Below are positions 9,598 through 17,132 of a DNA stretch of 33,519 nt, piece by piece. Under the pieces are notes generated by a model. It was given only the letters and a program-made list of their open reading frames with translations. It was not told the DNA's origin and searched no databases. Numbering within the stretch: position 1 is the stretch's first letter; each line of letters opens with the position of its first letter. The position numbers and the translations under genes are program-made. The DNA is taken from positions 1 through 33,519 of the forward strand of contig JBGAIN010000086.1 of the NCBI GenBank assembly GCA_044225505.1. Direction: 5' to 3'. The stretch comes from Limisphaerales bacterium. GTDB lineage: Bacteria; Verrucomicrobiota; Verrucomicrobiia; Limisphaerales; SIBE01.

Positions 9598-12045
9598 TTA
9601 AGCACGGAGGGTTGCTTTCAATTTATCTCGGAGTGCCACGGTAAGCTTTTCGTGGGTGGTGTTGATCTCCGTGTCGGTCAAAGTCCGATCAGGACGACGG
9701 TAGGTGAAAGAATAGGCGACGCTTTTTTGTCCCTCTGGAACATTCTCTCCGCGGTAAACATCGAACAGTTCCACCGTTTCCAGATTCTCCGGCTTCGCCT
9801 GGCGAACGGCCGTTAAGACACTGTCGTGCGTGGTCTCCTCGGGTAAGAGCATGGCAATGTCGCGTTGGATGGCTGGGAACACTGGCAGCGGTTTGAACGT
9901 CTTGGCGCTATTCCGACGTGCCAGTAATTGGTCCAGGTTGAGTTCCGCAATCAGGACTGCATCGCGCAGGTCATACTCTTTAGCCAGGATCGGCGACAGT
10001 TGCCCCAGTTCGCCCAGAACCTGGTGTCCAAGGGCCAGAGTCGCGGCTTCGAGGTGGAAGGTTGAGGTAGCTGCCAGGCGTTGGTAAGTCACACCACGCA
10101 GACCAAAAAGCTCCAGGAACTCCTCGAGGATGCCTTTTAAGTCGTAGCTATCGATCGTTGCCTCGCGGTCGTCACCGCACCAAAACGAAGGGTAGCGTCG
10201 GCCGGTCAACGCGATAGCAAGGCGGCGTTGTTCACGGTTGGCTCCGTCATGGAATGCAAAAACCCGTCCAATCTCAAAAACGGCGAGATCATTATTCTTG
10301 TGGTGCGCGTTGTGACGCAGCGTTTCAAGCAATCCTGGGATTAAACTCGGACGGAGAACGTTCATGTCGCTGCTCAACGGGTTCGCCAGGGGAACCAACT
10401 CTCCTTCCCCAACAGCCCGACCACACGTCGCGGCGCGATCGGAGATAAGCGTCTGACCTTGGGCCTCGCACAAGCCCAATCCCGAAAGAATTCGGCGAAC
10501 TTCAGCCAGCTGATCGTGAACCAAATCGTATGGGTTGGTGCCGATGGCGCCACGCGGTGGCGTGGCTGGGATTCGTTCAACGCCGTAAAGCCTTGCTATC
10601 TCTTCGATGAGGTCAATCTCTCGTTTCAGGTCCACTCGGAATGAAGGGATCCGAAACGTATTGAAAATACCGTGCTCCGCCCCAACCAACTGCAGCTCCA
10701 GCCTCTGAAGAAAACGAATCTGCTCTGGGGCGGGAATTTCGATACCGAGCAATTCGTGGACTTTTGCATGCCGTAAAGGAATCTCCGCCCGTGCATTCGG
10801 AAGTGGGTAGGCATCCACGCTTTCGGGGACTGCAGTCCCGCCCGCCGTTTCGAGGATGAGTTGTAAGGCGCGGCGGCTGGCCCAGTCAGTGATCCCGAGG
10901 TCTGCCCCGCGCTCGAATCGATAGGAAGATTCACTCCGTAGCTCCAACTTCTTGGAGGTCGCGCGGATGCTTTGAGGTTTGAAGTAAGCACTTTCGAGCA
11001 GGACATCACACGTGGAGTCGGAGATCTCGGTGTTTTGTCCGCCCATAATCCCTGCCAAGGCAACGGCTCGCGACCCGTCGCCAATGAGAAGCATTTGAGA
11101 CGAAAACGTACGCTCAGTTCCATCGTGCGTCGTGAATTTCTCGCCGTCCGCCGCGCGGCGCACCACAATGGTAGGGCGCTTGTCTCCGTCGATGGTCGGG
11201 TGTAACCGGTGATAGTCAAAAGCGTGGAGGGGTTGCCCAGTCTCCAACATCACATAGTTGGTGACATCCACGACGTTGTTGATGCTGCGAACTCCGACTG
11301 ATTCCAAAGCTGACCGCAGCCAATCTGGACTCGGACCAATTTTAACGCCGCGCACGACCCGGGCGATATATCGAGGACATAACTCCGGATCCTCGATTCT
11401 CACCGCAACCCAATTGGCAGCCGTGTCTCCGGAACTCTCGATGGCGTTGGGCAAATTGGGAATCTGCAAGGGCCTTTCTGTCACAGCGCCAATCTCGCGG
11501 GCAATCCCTATGAGGCTATTGAGATCCGGTCGATTCGGAGTGATCTCCAGATCAAAGAGGACGTCTCCGACCGCCCGCCCTAAATGCTGGGCGAATGGTT
11601 GGCCGACTTTGGCGTCCGCTGGGAGAATCAACAATCCTTCGGAAAGTTCCGCTAGACCCAGCTCTTGGGGGGAACAGAGCATCCCCTGAGAATCGACACC
11701 TCGGATTTTACCCGCCTTAATCGTTATCGGCGCTTGACCTTCTTTGGAAGGCAAGCTGGAGCCCGGTAAGATTAGCGGCACCTTATCTCCCACGGAATAA
11801 TTCTTGGCGCCGCAAACGATTTGTCGCTCGCCTGTGCCGTCCGCGACGCGACACACCGAGAGCTTATCGGCATTTGGATGCTTTTCGCTGGCCAGGATTT
11901 GGGAGACCACGACCCCTTCAAACTCGCCGCCCAGCTTCCTAACGGCTTCCACTTCTATCCCGAGCATCGTTAGGCGTTCGGACAATTCTTCGGGGGTCCC
12001 GGTAAACGCGACGTATTGCTTGAGCCAGTTGAGCGTAATCTTCAT
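9598..12045 (-). CDS. pheT: Phenylalanine--tRNA ligase beta subunit
   Basis: HPNADKL, IVCGA, ITPNRPDL, INNVVDVTNY, GQPLHAFD, RFERG, DLIEEIARLYG and C-terminal FDX-ACB (LFDVYRG...KSVAY); 815 aa. Confidence 0.98.
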   Translation of the reverse strand: MKITLNWLKQYVAFTGTPEELSERLTMLGIEVEAVRKLGGEFEGVVVSQILASEKHPNADKLSVCRVADGTGERQIVCGAKNYSVGDKVPLILPGSSLPSKEGQAPITIKAGKIRGVDSQGMLCSPQELGLAELSEGLLILPADAKVGQPFAQHLGRAVGDVLFDLEITPNRPDLNSLIGIAREIGAVTERPLQIPNLPNAIESSGDTAANWVAVRIEDPELCPRYIARVVRGVKIGPSPDWLRSALESVGVRSINNVVDVTNYVMLETGQPLHAFDYHRLHPTIDGDKRPTIVVRRAADGEKFTTHDGTERTFSSQMLLIGDGSRAVALAGIMGGQNTEISDSTCDVLLESAYFKPQSIRATSKKLELRSESSYRFERGADLGITDWASRRALQLILETAGGTAVPESVDAYPLPNARAEIPLRHAKVHELLGIEIPAPEQIRFLQRLELQLVGAEHGIFNTFRIPSFRVDLKREIDLIEEIARLYGVERIPATPPRGAIGTNPYDLVHDQLAEVRRILSGLGLCEAQGQTLISDRAATCGRAVGEGELVPLANPLSSDMNVLRPSLIPGLLETLRHNAHHKNNDLAVFEIGRVFAFHDGANREQRRLAIALTGRRYPSFWCGDDREATIDSYDLKGILEEFLELFGLRGVTYQRLAATSTFHLEAATLALGHQVLGELGQLSPILAKEYDLRDAVLIAELNLDQLLARRNSAKTFKPLPVFPAIQRDIAMLLPEETTHDSVLTAVRQAKPENLETVELFDVYRGENVPEGQKSVAYSFTYRRPDRTLTDTEINTTHEKLTVALRDKLKATLRA

Positions 12046-13145
12046 TGAGATCCAACTAAGTCAGTAATGGGAGACGCGGTCTGGGGAAACGCTCCATGAA
12101 AGCTTTGCCCCAGGAAGGCGGCGATGGTGGAGGCGATTTGGTTCTGAGTCAACGGCGGGGTTTGGGAACGCTCACCCAACGGGCGGGTGTCCGGGCCAAT
12201 CGCCGCGAGCCAAATCGCGTCGGATTCGGGAATCTTCTCGCCGTGGTCCTTCCAAGTGGTGACGCCGTTTCCGCGACCGTGATCCGCGCTAAAAAGGAAA
12301 GTCGTTTTGCCCCGATACTGTGGGATCCGCTGCACGAGCGTCCAGAGTCGCTCCAAGTAGCGATCGACGTTGTGCGCGGCTTCCAAGTAAAGGTCGTACC
12401 GTCCAGCATGAGCCCATTCGTCTGTTTCACCAAACCCGACAAAGACCAGCCGTGGCTTCTCTTTCTCGATGTAATCCGTGGCGGCGCGAATGAGAAATGA
12501 GTCTTGAATGATCTCTTCAAACACTGGCGTAGTATCTGCGAGAATACTCGTCAGGATGGGGGATGGTCGAATGGACTTGTGCTCCAGTTTGAGGCCCCAC
12601 GTCGGCCAGATAGGCAACCGGCTGCGTTGGCAGTTAAAAATAAAAGGGAAGGCATCCCACGTGCCGAACACGACAACACGATCACGAAAACCAGGACGGT
12701 CCTGCAGCCATTCAAAGACGTTCGTATTCACGTTAGGCTTCTTGTCATTGCTATCGATCCGTTCATCAGGAGCGCCCGTGAGCATCTCGTTGTATCCCGG
12801 ATAGGAGAAACGTCTGGTATTTGTGACCTTCGCCAAACTCCCTTTGGCCGGATTGCCAAAGATTTGCCCGGACTGCGCGATTTGCCGCCAAAGGAAAGGG
12901 AAGAGCGCTGCCCGTCGCAACTCCGGGGTCTCCCGCCAAAAATTCGTTCGGAGGGCGGCGATGTTTTTGACTCCGCCGTTGGTTACGTTGATCAGGCGCT
13001 CTTCGGCGCCATTGAAGATTTCCTGCCAGCGAAGCCCATCGCTGATGATCAGGAAGACGTTCTCGGTCTTGAGCGAGGGTGCCTGCGCGTGCAAGGTCCA
13101 CGCACTCATGAAAAACGCCCCAAGAAATATTAAGCCTAGATGCAT
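12042..13145 (-). CDS. Exported alkaline-phosphatase-superfamily metalloenzyme (phosphodiesterase/phosphoglyceromutase-like)
   Basis: Signal peptide MHLGLIFLGAFFMSAWTLHA (ATG 13145); metal-ligand motifs ISDGLRWQE, FSYPGYNE, ETDEWAH, ADHGR. The TGA stop overlaps the pheT ATG (ATGA). Confidence 0.85.
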   Translation of the reverse strand: MHLGLIFLGAFFMSAWTLHAQAPSLKTENVFLIISDGLRWQEIFNGAEERLINVTNGGVKNIAALRTNFWRETPELRRAALFPFLWRQIAQSGQIFGNPAKGSLAKVTNTRRFSYPGYNEMLTGAPDERIDSNDKKPNVNTNVFEWLQDRPGFRDRVVVFGTWDAFPFIFNCQRSRLPIWPTWGLKLEHKSIRPSPILTSILADTTPVFEEIIQDSFLIRAATDYIEKEKPRLVFVGFGETDEWAHAGRYDLYLEAAHNVDRYLERLWTLVQRIPQYRGKTTFLFSADHGRGNGVTTWKDHGEKIPESDAIWLAAIGPDTRPLGERSQTPPLTQNQIASTIAAFLGQSFHGAFPQTASPITDLVGSQ

Positions 13146-13170
13146 ATAAGCCTGAGTTTTGGCTCGGTCG

Positions 13171-14175
13171 TCAAAACTGGCGAAGGAAACGGAGATCGTT
13201 CTCGTAGAACAGTCGGATGTCGTTAATCCCATATCGGATCATGGCAATCCGTTCGATTCCGAAGCCAAAGGCCCATCCCGTCCAAATTTCCGGGTCATAC
13301 CCGACCGTTTCAAACACTTTTGGATGGACCATTCCGCAACCCGCGATTTCCAACCAGTCTTTCCCCATCTTTTTGACTAGCGGACTTGAAAAATCCACCT
13401 CGAAACTAGGTTCGGTGTAGGAGAAGTAATGCGGCCGGAGCCGAATCTTGACTTCGTTTCCAAGCAATTGACGGAAGACAAACTCGATGGTTCCTTTCAG
13501 GTCGCCCACAGTGACTTGCTTATCGACGTAGAGCCCTTCGATCTGTTGAAAGGTCGGGTTGTGGGTCGTGTCAGCATTGTCACGCCGGTAAACCCGACCG
13601 GGCACCACGATTCGCACGGGGGGCGCCTGCTTTTCCATGACTCGAATCTGCACCGACGAGGTATGCGTTCGGAGGAGAGCGCGCCGGTCTCCCAGATAAA
13701 ACGTATCCTGGCTGTCACGCGCAGGATGATCCGCGGGGGTGTTCAGGGCGTCGAAGCAATGGTAATCGTCTTCGATCTCGGGGCCGTCCGCGACGACGAA
13801 TCCGATCTTCCGGAAAATCCGGACGATATCTTCGGTCACTTGAGTCAACGGATGGATCTTTCCAAAGCGTCGGCGTCGGCCTGGAAGTGTAAAGTCGGTA
13901 GGTTCTTTGGGGAGAGCTGCACGAAGCTCCAATTCAGCGCGGCGAGTGGACAGAGCCCGTTCAAGTTCAGATTTGATCTGATTGATGAGCTTGCCCGCAG
14001 CGGGACGAGCTTCTTTGCTCAACGTCCCTAATTGCCGGGTTAAGGCGGTAAAACTCCCATGGGCTCCCAAGAATGTCGTGCGCGCCAAATCCAGAGATGC
14101 CAGATCTCCTGCTGCCTGGAATTGTGCCAATGCCGCCGCCTTCAACGGTTCCACCTGATCGAGAAGCGATTCCAT
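13171..14175 (-). CDS. pheS: Phenylalanine--tRNA ligase alpha subunit
   Basis: HPARDSQDTFY, LLRTHTS, PGRVYR, FQQIEGL, YTEPS, EIAGCGMVHP, GFGIERIAM, NDLRFLRQF. Confidence 0.98.
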   Translation of the reverse strand: MESLLDQVEPLKAAALAQFQAAGDLASLDLARTTFLGAHGSFTALTRQLGTLSKEARPAAGKLINQIKSELERALSTRRAELELRAALPKEPTDFTLPGRRRRFGKIHPLTQVTEDIVRIFRKIGFVVADGPEIEDDYHCFDALNTPADHPARDSQDTFYLGDRRALLRTHTSSVQIRVMEKQAPPVRIVVPGRVYRRDNADTTHNPTFQQIEGLYVDKQVTVGDLKGTIEFVFRQLLGNEVKIRLRPHYFSYTEPSFEVDFSSPLVKKMGKDWLEIAGCGMVHPKVFETVGYDPEIWTGWAFGFGIERIAMIRYGINDIRLFYENDLRFLRQF

Positions 14176-14184
14176 ACGATCAAT

Positions 14185-14219
14185 AAAAAACGGGCGCCAT
14201 CAAGGATGGGACGCCCGTT
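14185..14219 (-). terminator. Rho-independent terminator-like hairpin between rplT and pheS
   Basis: Minus strand AACGGGCG-TC-CCATC-CTT-GATGG-CGCCCGTT-TTTT: GC stem followed by a U-tract. Confidence 0.75.
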
Positions 14220-14240
14220 ACGAAAATTTCTCGGCGCGAC

Positions 14241-14612
14241 TTACGCCTTGGCTGCTTTGGCTGTTAGAGCATTTTGGGCGACCCGGACCAACTCACTGAA
14301 TGCGGCGGCGTCCGTGGCGGCCAGATCAGCAATCACCTTGCGATCAAGCACAACTTGTGCTGCTTTCAACCCTTCCATCAAACGGCTATAGGTCATGCCA
14401 GCAGCACGAGCCGCGGCGTTGATTCGCACTTGCCAGAGAGCCCGGAAGTTGCGCTTCTTTGTTTTTCGATCGCGATAGGCGTATTGGCGGCCATGATCGA
14501 GCGCATCGGCTGCGTAGCGATAAAGTTTCGAGCGGCGCATCCGAAAGCCTTTGGCGGCTTTAATCGTACGGATTCGGCGCTTCCGGGAAGCGGGGGCATT
14601 TGTGACACGCAT
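14241..14612 (-). CDS. rplT: 50S ribosomal protein L20
   Basis: MRVTNAPASRKRR, AKGF, YAYRDRKTKKRNFRALWQVRINAA, LDRKVIADLA. Confidence 0.98.
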   Translation of the reverse strand: MRVTNAPASRKRRIRTIKAAKGFRMRRSKLYRYAADALDHGRQYAYRDRKTKKRNFRALWQVRINAAARAAGMTYSRLMEGLKAAQVVLDRKVIADLAATDAAAFSELVRVAQNALTAKAAKA

Positions 14613-14636
14613 AACAATAGGGCGCTAACGCACCAA

Positions 14637-14846
14637 TTAGTGGCTGAACGGCAGGTTCTGAGTGATTCGATAAGCATCCGTCTTATCGGCTACCACCGAA
14701 CTGCGCAAGGCGCGCCGCCGTTTTGGGCTCTTGGTTGCGAGCAAATGACGTTTCCCCGCGTGTGGACGCAGCACTTTGCCGGTTGCTGTCAGCTTAAATC
14801 GTTTAGCGACAGCTTTGCGGGTCTTAATACCTTTTGGACGGCGCAT
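14637..14846 (-). CDS. rpmI: 50S ribosomal protein L35
   Basis: KTRKAVAKRFKLTATGK...HLL..KSPKRRRALR; directly upstream of rplT. Confidence 0.96.
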   Translation of the reverse strand: MRRPKGIKTRKAVAKRFKLTATGKVLRPHAGKRHLLATKSPKRRRALRSSVVADKTDAYRITQNLPFSH

Positions 14847-14876
14847 ATTCAGTGACTTTCTTCAAAAAGAGCGCGC

Positions 14877-14905
14877 AATATAGGGCGCGGCCCTGAATCA
14901 GGCAA
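14877..14905 (-). promoter_or_regulatory. Sigma-70-type promoter of the rpmI-rplT-pheS operon
   Basis: TTGCCT-N17-TATATT followed by a GC-rich discriminator (GCGCGC), about 30 nt before the rpmI ATG. Confidence 0.7.
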
Positions 14906-15267
14906 GCGGTTTTTTCCCAGAGAGACTGAGGTAACGGGTGGAGAGGCGCAGTTTCCAGCCTGATGCGCAGCCCTAAGAGGCGCTGCGGAGAGGCTGCTGG
15001 CTTAACCTGGGTAGTGGGATCGTGTCCTCGCGCAACCTTGAGCGAATCTCGTGCTAGACGATGTCAGCTCTTTTGCACCCTGACGGAATGGCGCTTCTCG
15101 GTTTCACCCTGTTCCGAGTGAACCGCTGCGATCGGCGAAACTTAAAGCGGTCAACCGGACGCATCGCGATTGGTCGGCTGACTCAGCTCAGTTTAAGATG
15201 GGACTTTGCCGATGGAGGATGCACTTTTTCTGGACAGTCGCCCGGACACGATTTGGAGGTTCGCGGG

Positions 15268-15311
15268 ACGTCCCGACCGCCGAGCGGTTTCGCGATGGGC
15301 GGCCGGGACGT
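15268..15311 (-). repeat. GC-rich inverted repeat (REP-like or terminator-like) just after the small ORF
   Basis: Minus-strand RNA ACGUCCCGGCCGCC pairs with GGCGGUCGGGACGU (14 bp, one G-U), 16-nt loop. Confidence 0.55.
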
Positions 15312-15316
15312 TTCGC

Positions 15317-15571
15317 TCACGACGCGGCAAGTGATGGTTGGACCGTATCCGTCCCGATATCCACAGGCGTTCGAATGCTCGCCAGGAGTTCGCTCTGAAC
15401 TCGGAAAAGCTGACGAATCAGCGCGCTTCGACGCCTCAGGAGTTGGATCACTCGGTCGGCGTCGCCCCGACGCTTCGCCGCTTGATATTCGATCGTGGTG
15501 TCGGAGATCTCCTGACGCAACTGAGCGATGCGCGCGCGAAGTTCAGTACTGGTGGAATGCACAGTTGTCAT
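15317..15571 (-). CDS. Small helical/coiled-coil hypothetical protein (84 aa)
   Basis: MTTVHSTSTELRARIAQLRQEISDTTIEYQAAKRRGDADRVIQLLRRRSALIRQL...; heptad pattern, GAGGA just before the ATG, sigma-54-type site upstream, hairpin downstream. Confidence 0.7.
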   Translation of the reverse strand: MTTVHSTSTELRARIAQLRQEISDTTIEYQAAKRRGDADRVIQLLRRRSALIRQLFRVQSELLASIRTPVDIGTDTVQPSLAAS

Positions 15572-15596
15572 ATCCTCGGAACGTTCAAGTTCGAAG

Positions 15597-15611
15597 GCAC
15601 CAATCGTGCCA
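15597..15611 (-). promoter_or_regulatory. Sigma-54 (-24/-12) promoter
   Basis: Minus strand TGGCACGATTGGTGC = TGGCACG...TGC with GG-N10-GC spacing; the GC lies about 26 nt upstream of ATG 15571. Confidence 0.7.
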
Positions 15612-15895
15612 TTCGTGGAGCCGCGAGTAGTTTTTGAGAAGGTTTGTTGAGGTGGTAGCACGGAGACGACGAAACCCTACCGCGTGCGCTTGTCCGCTAC
15701 CATCAGGCCAAGCCCTGAATCGGGAATCACTCCCGGTGGCGTGGCCTGAGAAATCGCAGCGCCACTGCTGAGAAAGGCGGGGCAGGGCGTGCTTCTGGCA
15801 GACCGGTCTGTTTCCGCTCGTACCAGACTTAGCCAACGAAGCTCAGAAGCCGAGCTTCGGTCGAATCCTCAACGGCTGGGAGGCTTTAGAGAACC

Positions 15896-16870
15896 TCAAG
15901 GCGAGCTCGAAGCGCGCCGCGCAGCTTGCACTTGGCTCAGAACCCACGGATAGGTCCGCTCGACTCCATCTTTGAGGGAGAACTTTGCCCGCCAGCCAAT
16001 GGAGTAAATACGCTCATTGCTGAAGTTCCGAGACTGAACGCCCACCGGACCATCGATATGTTTGATGTGGACCTTTTTCTTCGCAATTTCGCTGACGGTG
16101 GCGACCAATTCGTTAACGGTCACGTATTCCGGACATCCGATATTCACAGCTCCGTGAAGGTCCGATTCCATCAATTGCCGGATTCCATTCACCATATCAT
16201 CGACGTAAGTGTAGGAGCGAACGGCGGTTCCATCTCCCCAAACCTCAATAGTTCCTCCATCTTCAATTTCCGCGACCTTGCGGCACATGGCAGCAGGTGC
16301 CTTTTCCCGACCGCCCCGCCAGGTCCCCTCTGGACCGTAGACATTTTGGAAACGGGCAATCCGAACTTGCATGCCGTAACGACGCTCGTAGGCCTGGGCC
16401 ATACGCTCCGAGTAGAGCTTCTCCCAGCCATATTCGTTGTCTGGGTTGGCCGGGACGGCCTGTGCCTCGGTCATTTCCGGTTCTCCCACCTTCATGTCCC
16501 GGTAGACGCAGACAGATGACGAAAAAAAGTATCGTGGAATTCCGAGTTCCGCAGCCAAATGAGTCATATGAACGTTGATCAGCACACTGTTATGCATGAT
16601 CTCAGTCTCTGCGGAATGAATAAACCCCATGCCCCCCATGTCCGCGGCGAGTTGATACACGTGATCGAATTTGCCGGACGCTAAAGACAGTGCCTGGCGA
16701 CAGTGTTGAGGCTCGCGTAGATCGAGCACCTGGAACTCGTCCGCGGCGGAGGGCGCAAATTCATGACGCTTGATATCGACTCCACGAACCCAGAAGCCTT
16801 CTTGTTTGAGTTTCTTAACGAGGTGTGCTGCGATAAAGCCGCCAGCGCCGCATACGAGTGCTTTTTTCAT
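15896..16870 (-). CDS. NAD-dependent epimerase, GDP-mannose 3,5-epimerase-like (extended SDR)
   Basis: GAGGFIA Rossmann motif, LAADMGGMGFI, SSSVCVY, YGWEK (YxxxK), GGREKAPAAMCRK, EVWGDG. Confidence 0.9.
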   Translation of the reverse strand: MKKALVCGAGGFIAAHLVKKLKQEGFWVRGVDIKRHEFAPSAADEFQVLDLREPQHCRQALSLASGKFDHVYQLAADMGGMGFIHSAETEIMHNSVLINVHMTHLAAELGIPRYFFSSSVCVYRDMKVGEPEMTEAQAVPANPDNEYGWEKLYSERMAQAYERRYGMQVRIARFQNVYGPEGTWRGGREKAPAAMCRKVAEIEDGGTIEVWGDGTAVRSYTYVDDMVNGIRQLMESDLHGAVNIGCPEYVTVNELVATVSEIAKKKVHIKHIDGPVGVQSRNFSNERIYSIGWRAKFSLKDGVERTYPWVLSQVQAARRASSSP

Positions 16871-16925
16871 TGATCGTTACGTAAATCTTCGGGTCGGACA
16901 ATGATATCAATCGCCTTCACGGGCG

Positions 16926-16954
16926 ATTATGGGAAGAGGCTCGCTTCACTTCAA
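16926..16954 (-). promoter_or_regulatory. Sigma-70-type promoter of the epimerase gene
   Basis: TTGAAG-N17-CATAAT; a hairpin AATCGCC-N6-GGCGATT (16909-16928) overlaps the predicted start site. Confidence 0.55.
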
Positions 16955-17132
16955 GCCCATTTCCCAATGCGGCCGAAGGAGAACGGTTGACGCGTGCCTC
17001 ACTCTTGATTCAAGCTCACAAGGTGCCAGACGCTCGTTGCGAACGATCCCTGCCCGTGCTGTTCTGCGAATAGAGTCTAGACCGGGGCAGCCGTTTTCGA
17101 CGAGTGCACGCTCTGTTAGACAAATACACTTT

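Noticed and set aside
15061..15630. 189-aa plus-strand ORF
   Set aside because: Arg/Ser/Gly-rich with no motifs, and antisense to the better-supported ORF at 15317-15571.
15700..15810. Cobalamin-riboswitch-like fragments on the plus strand (AATCGGGAA, GCCACTG, AGACC)
   Set aside because: The GGTGnAAnTCC and CTGnCCC/AACTGT core is missing, and there is no downstream plus-strand gene (the next gene is convergent).
15837..15859. Hairpin CGAAGCTC-N7-GAGCTTCG after the epimerase as an intrinsic terminator
   Set aside because: No U-tract follows, so its function cannot be assigned.
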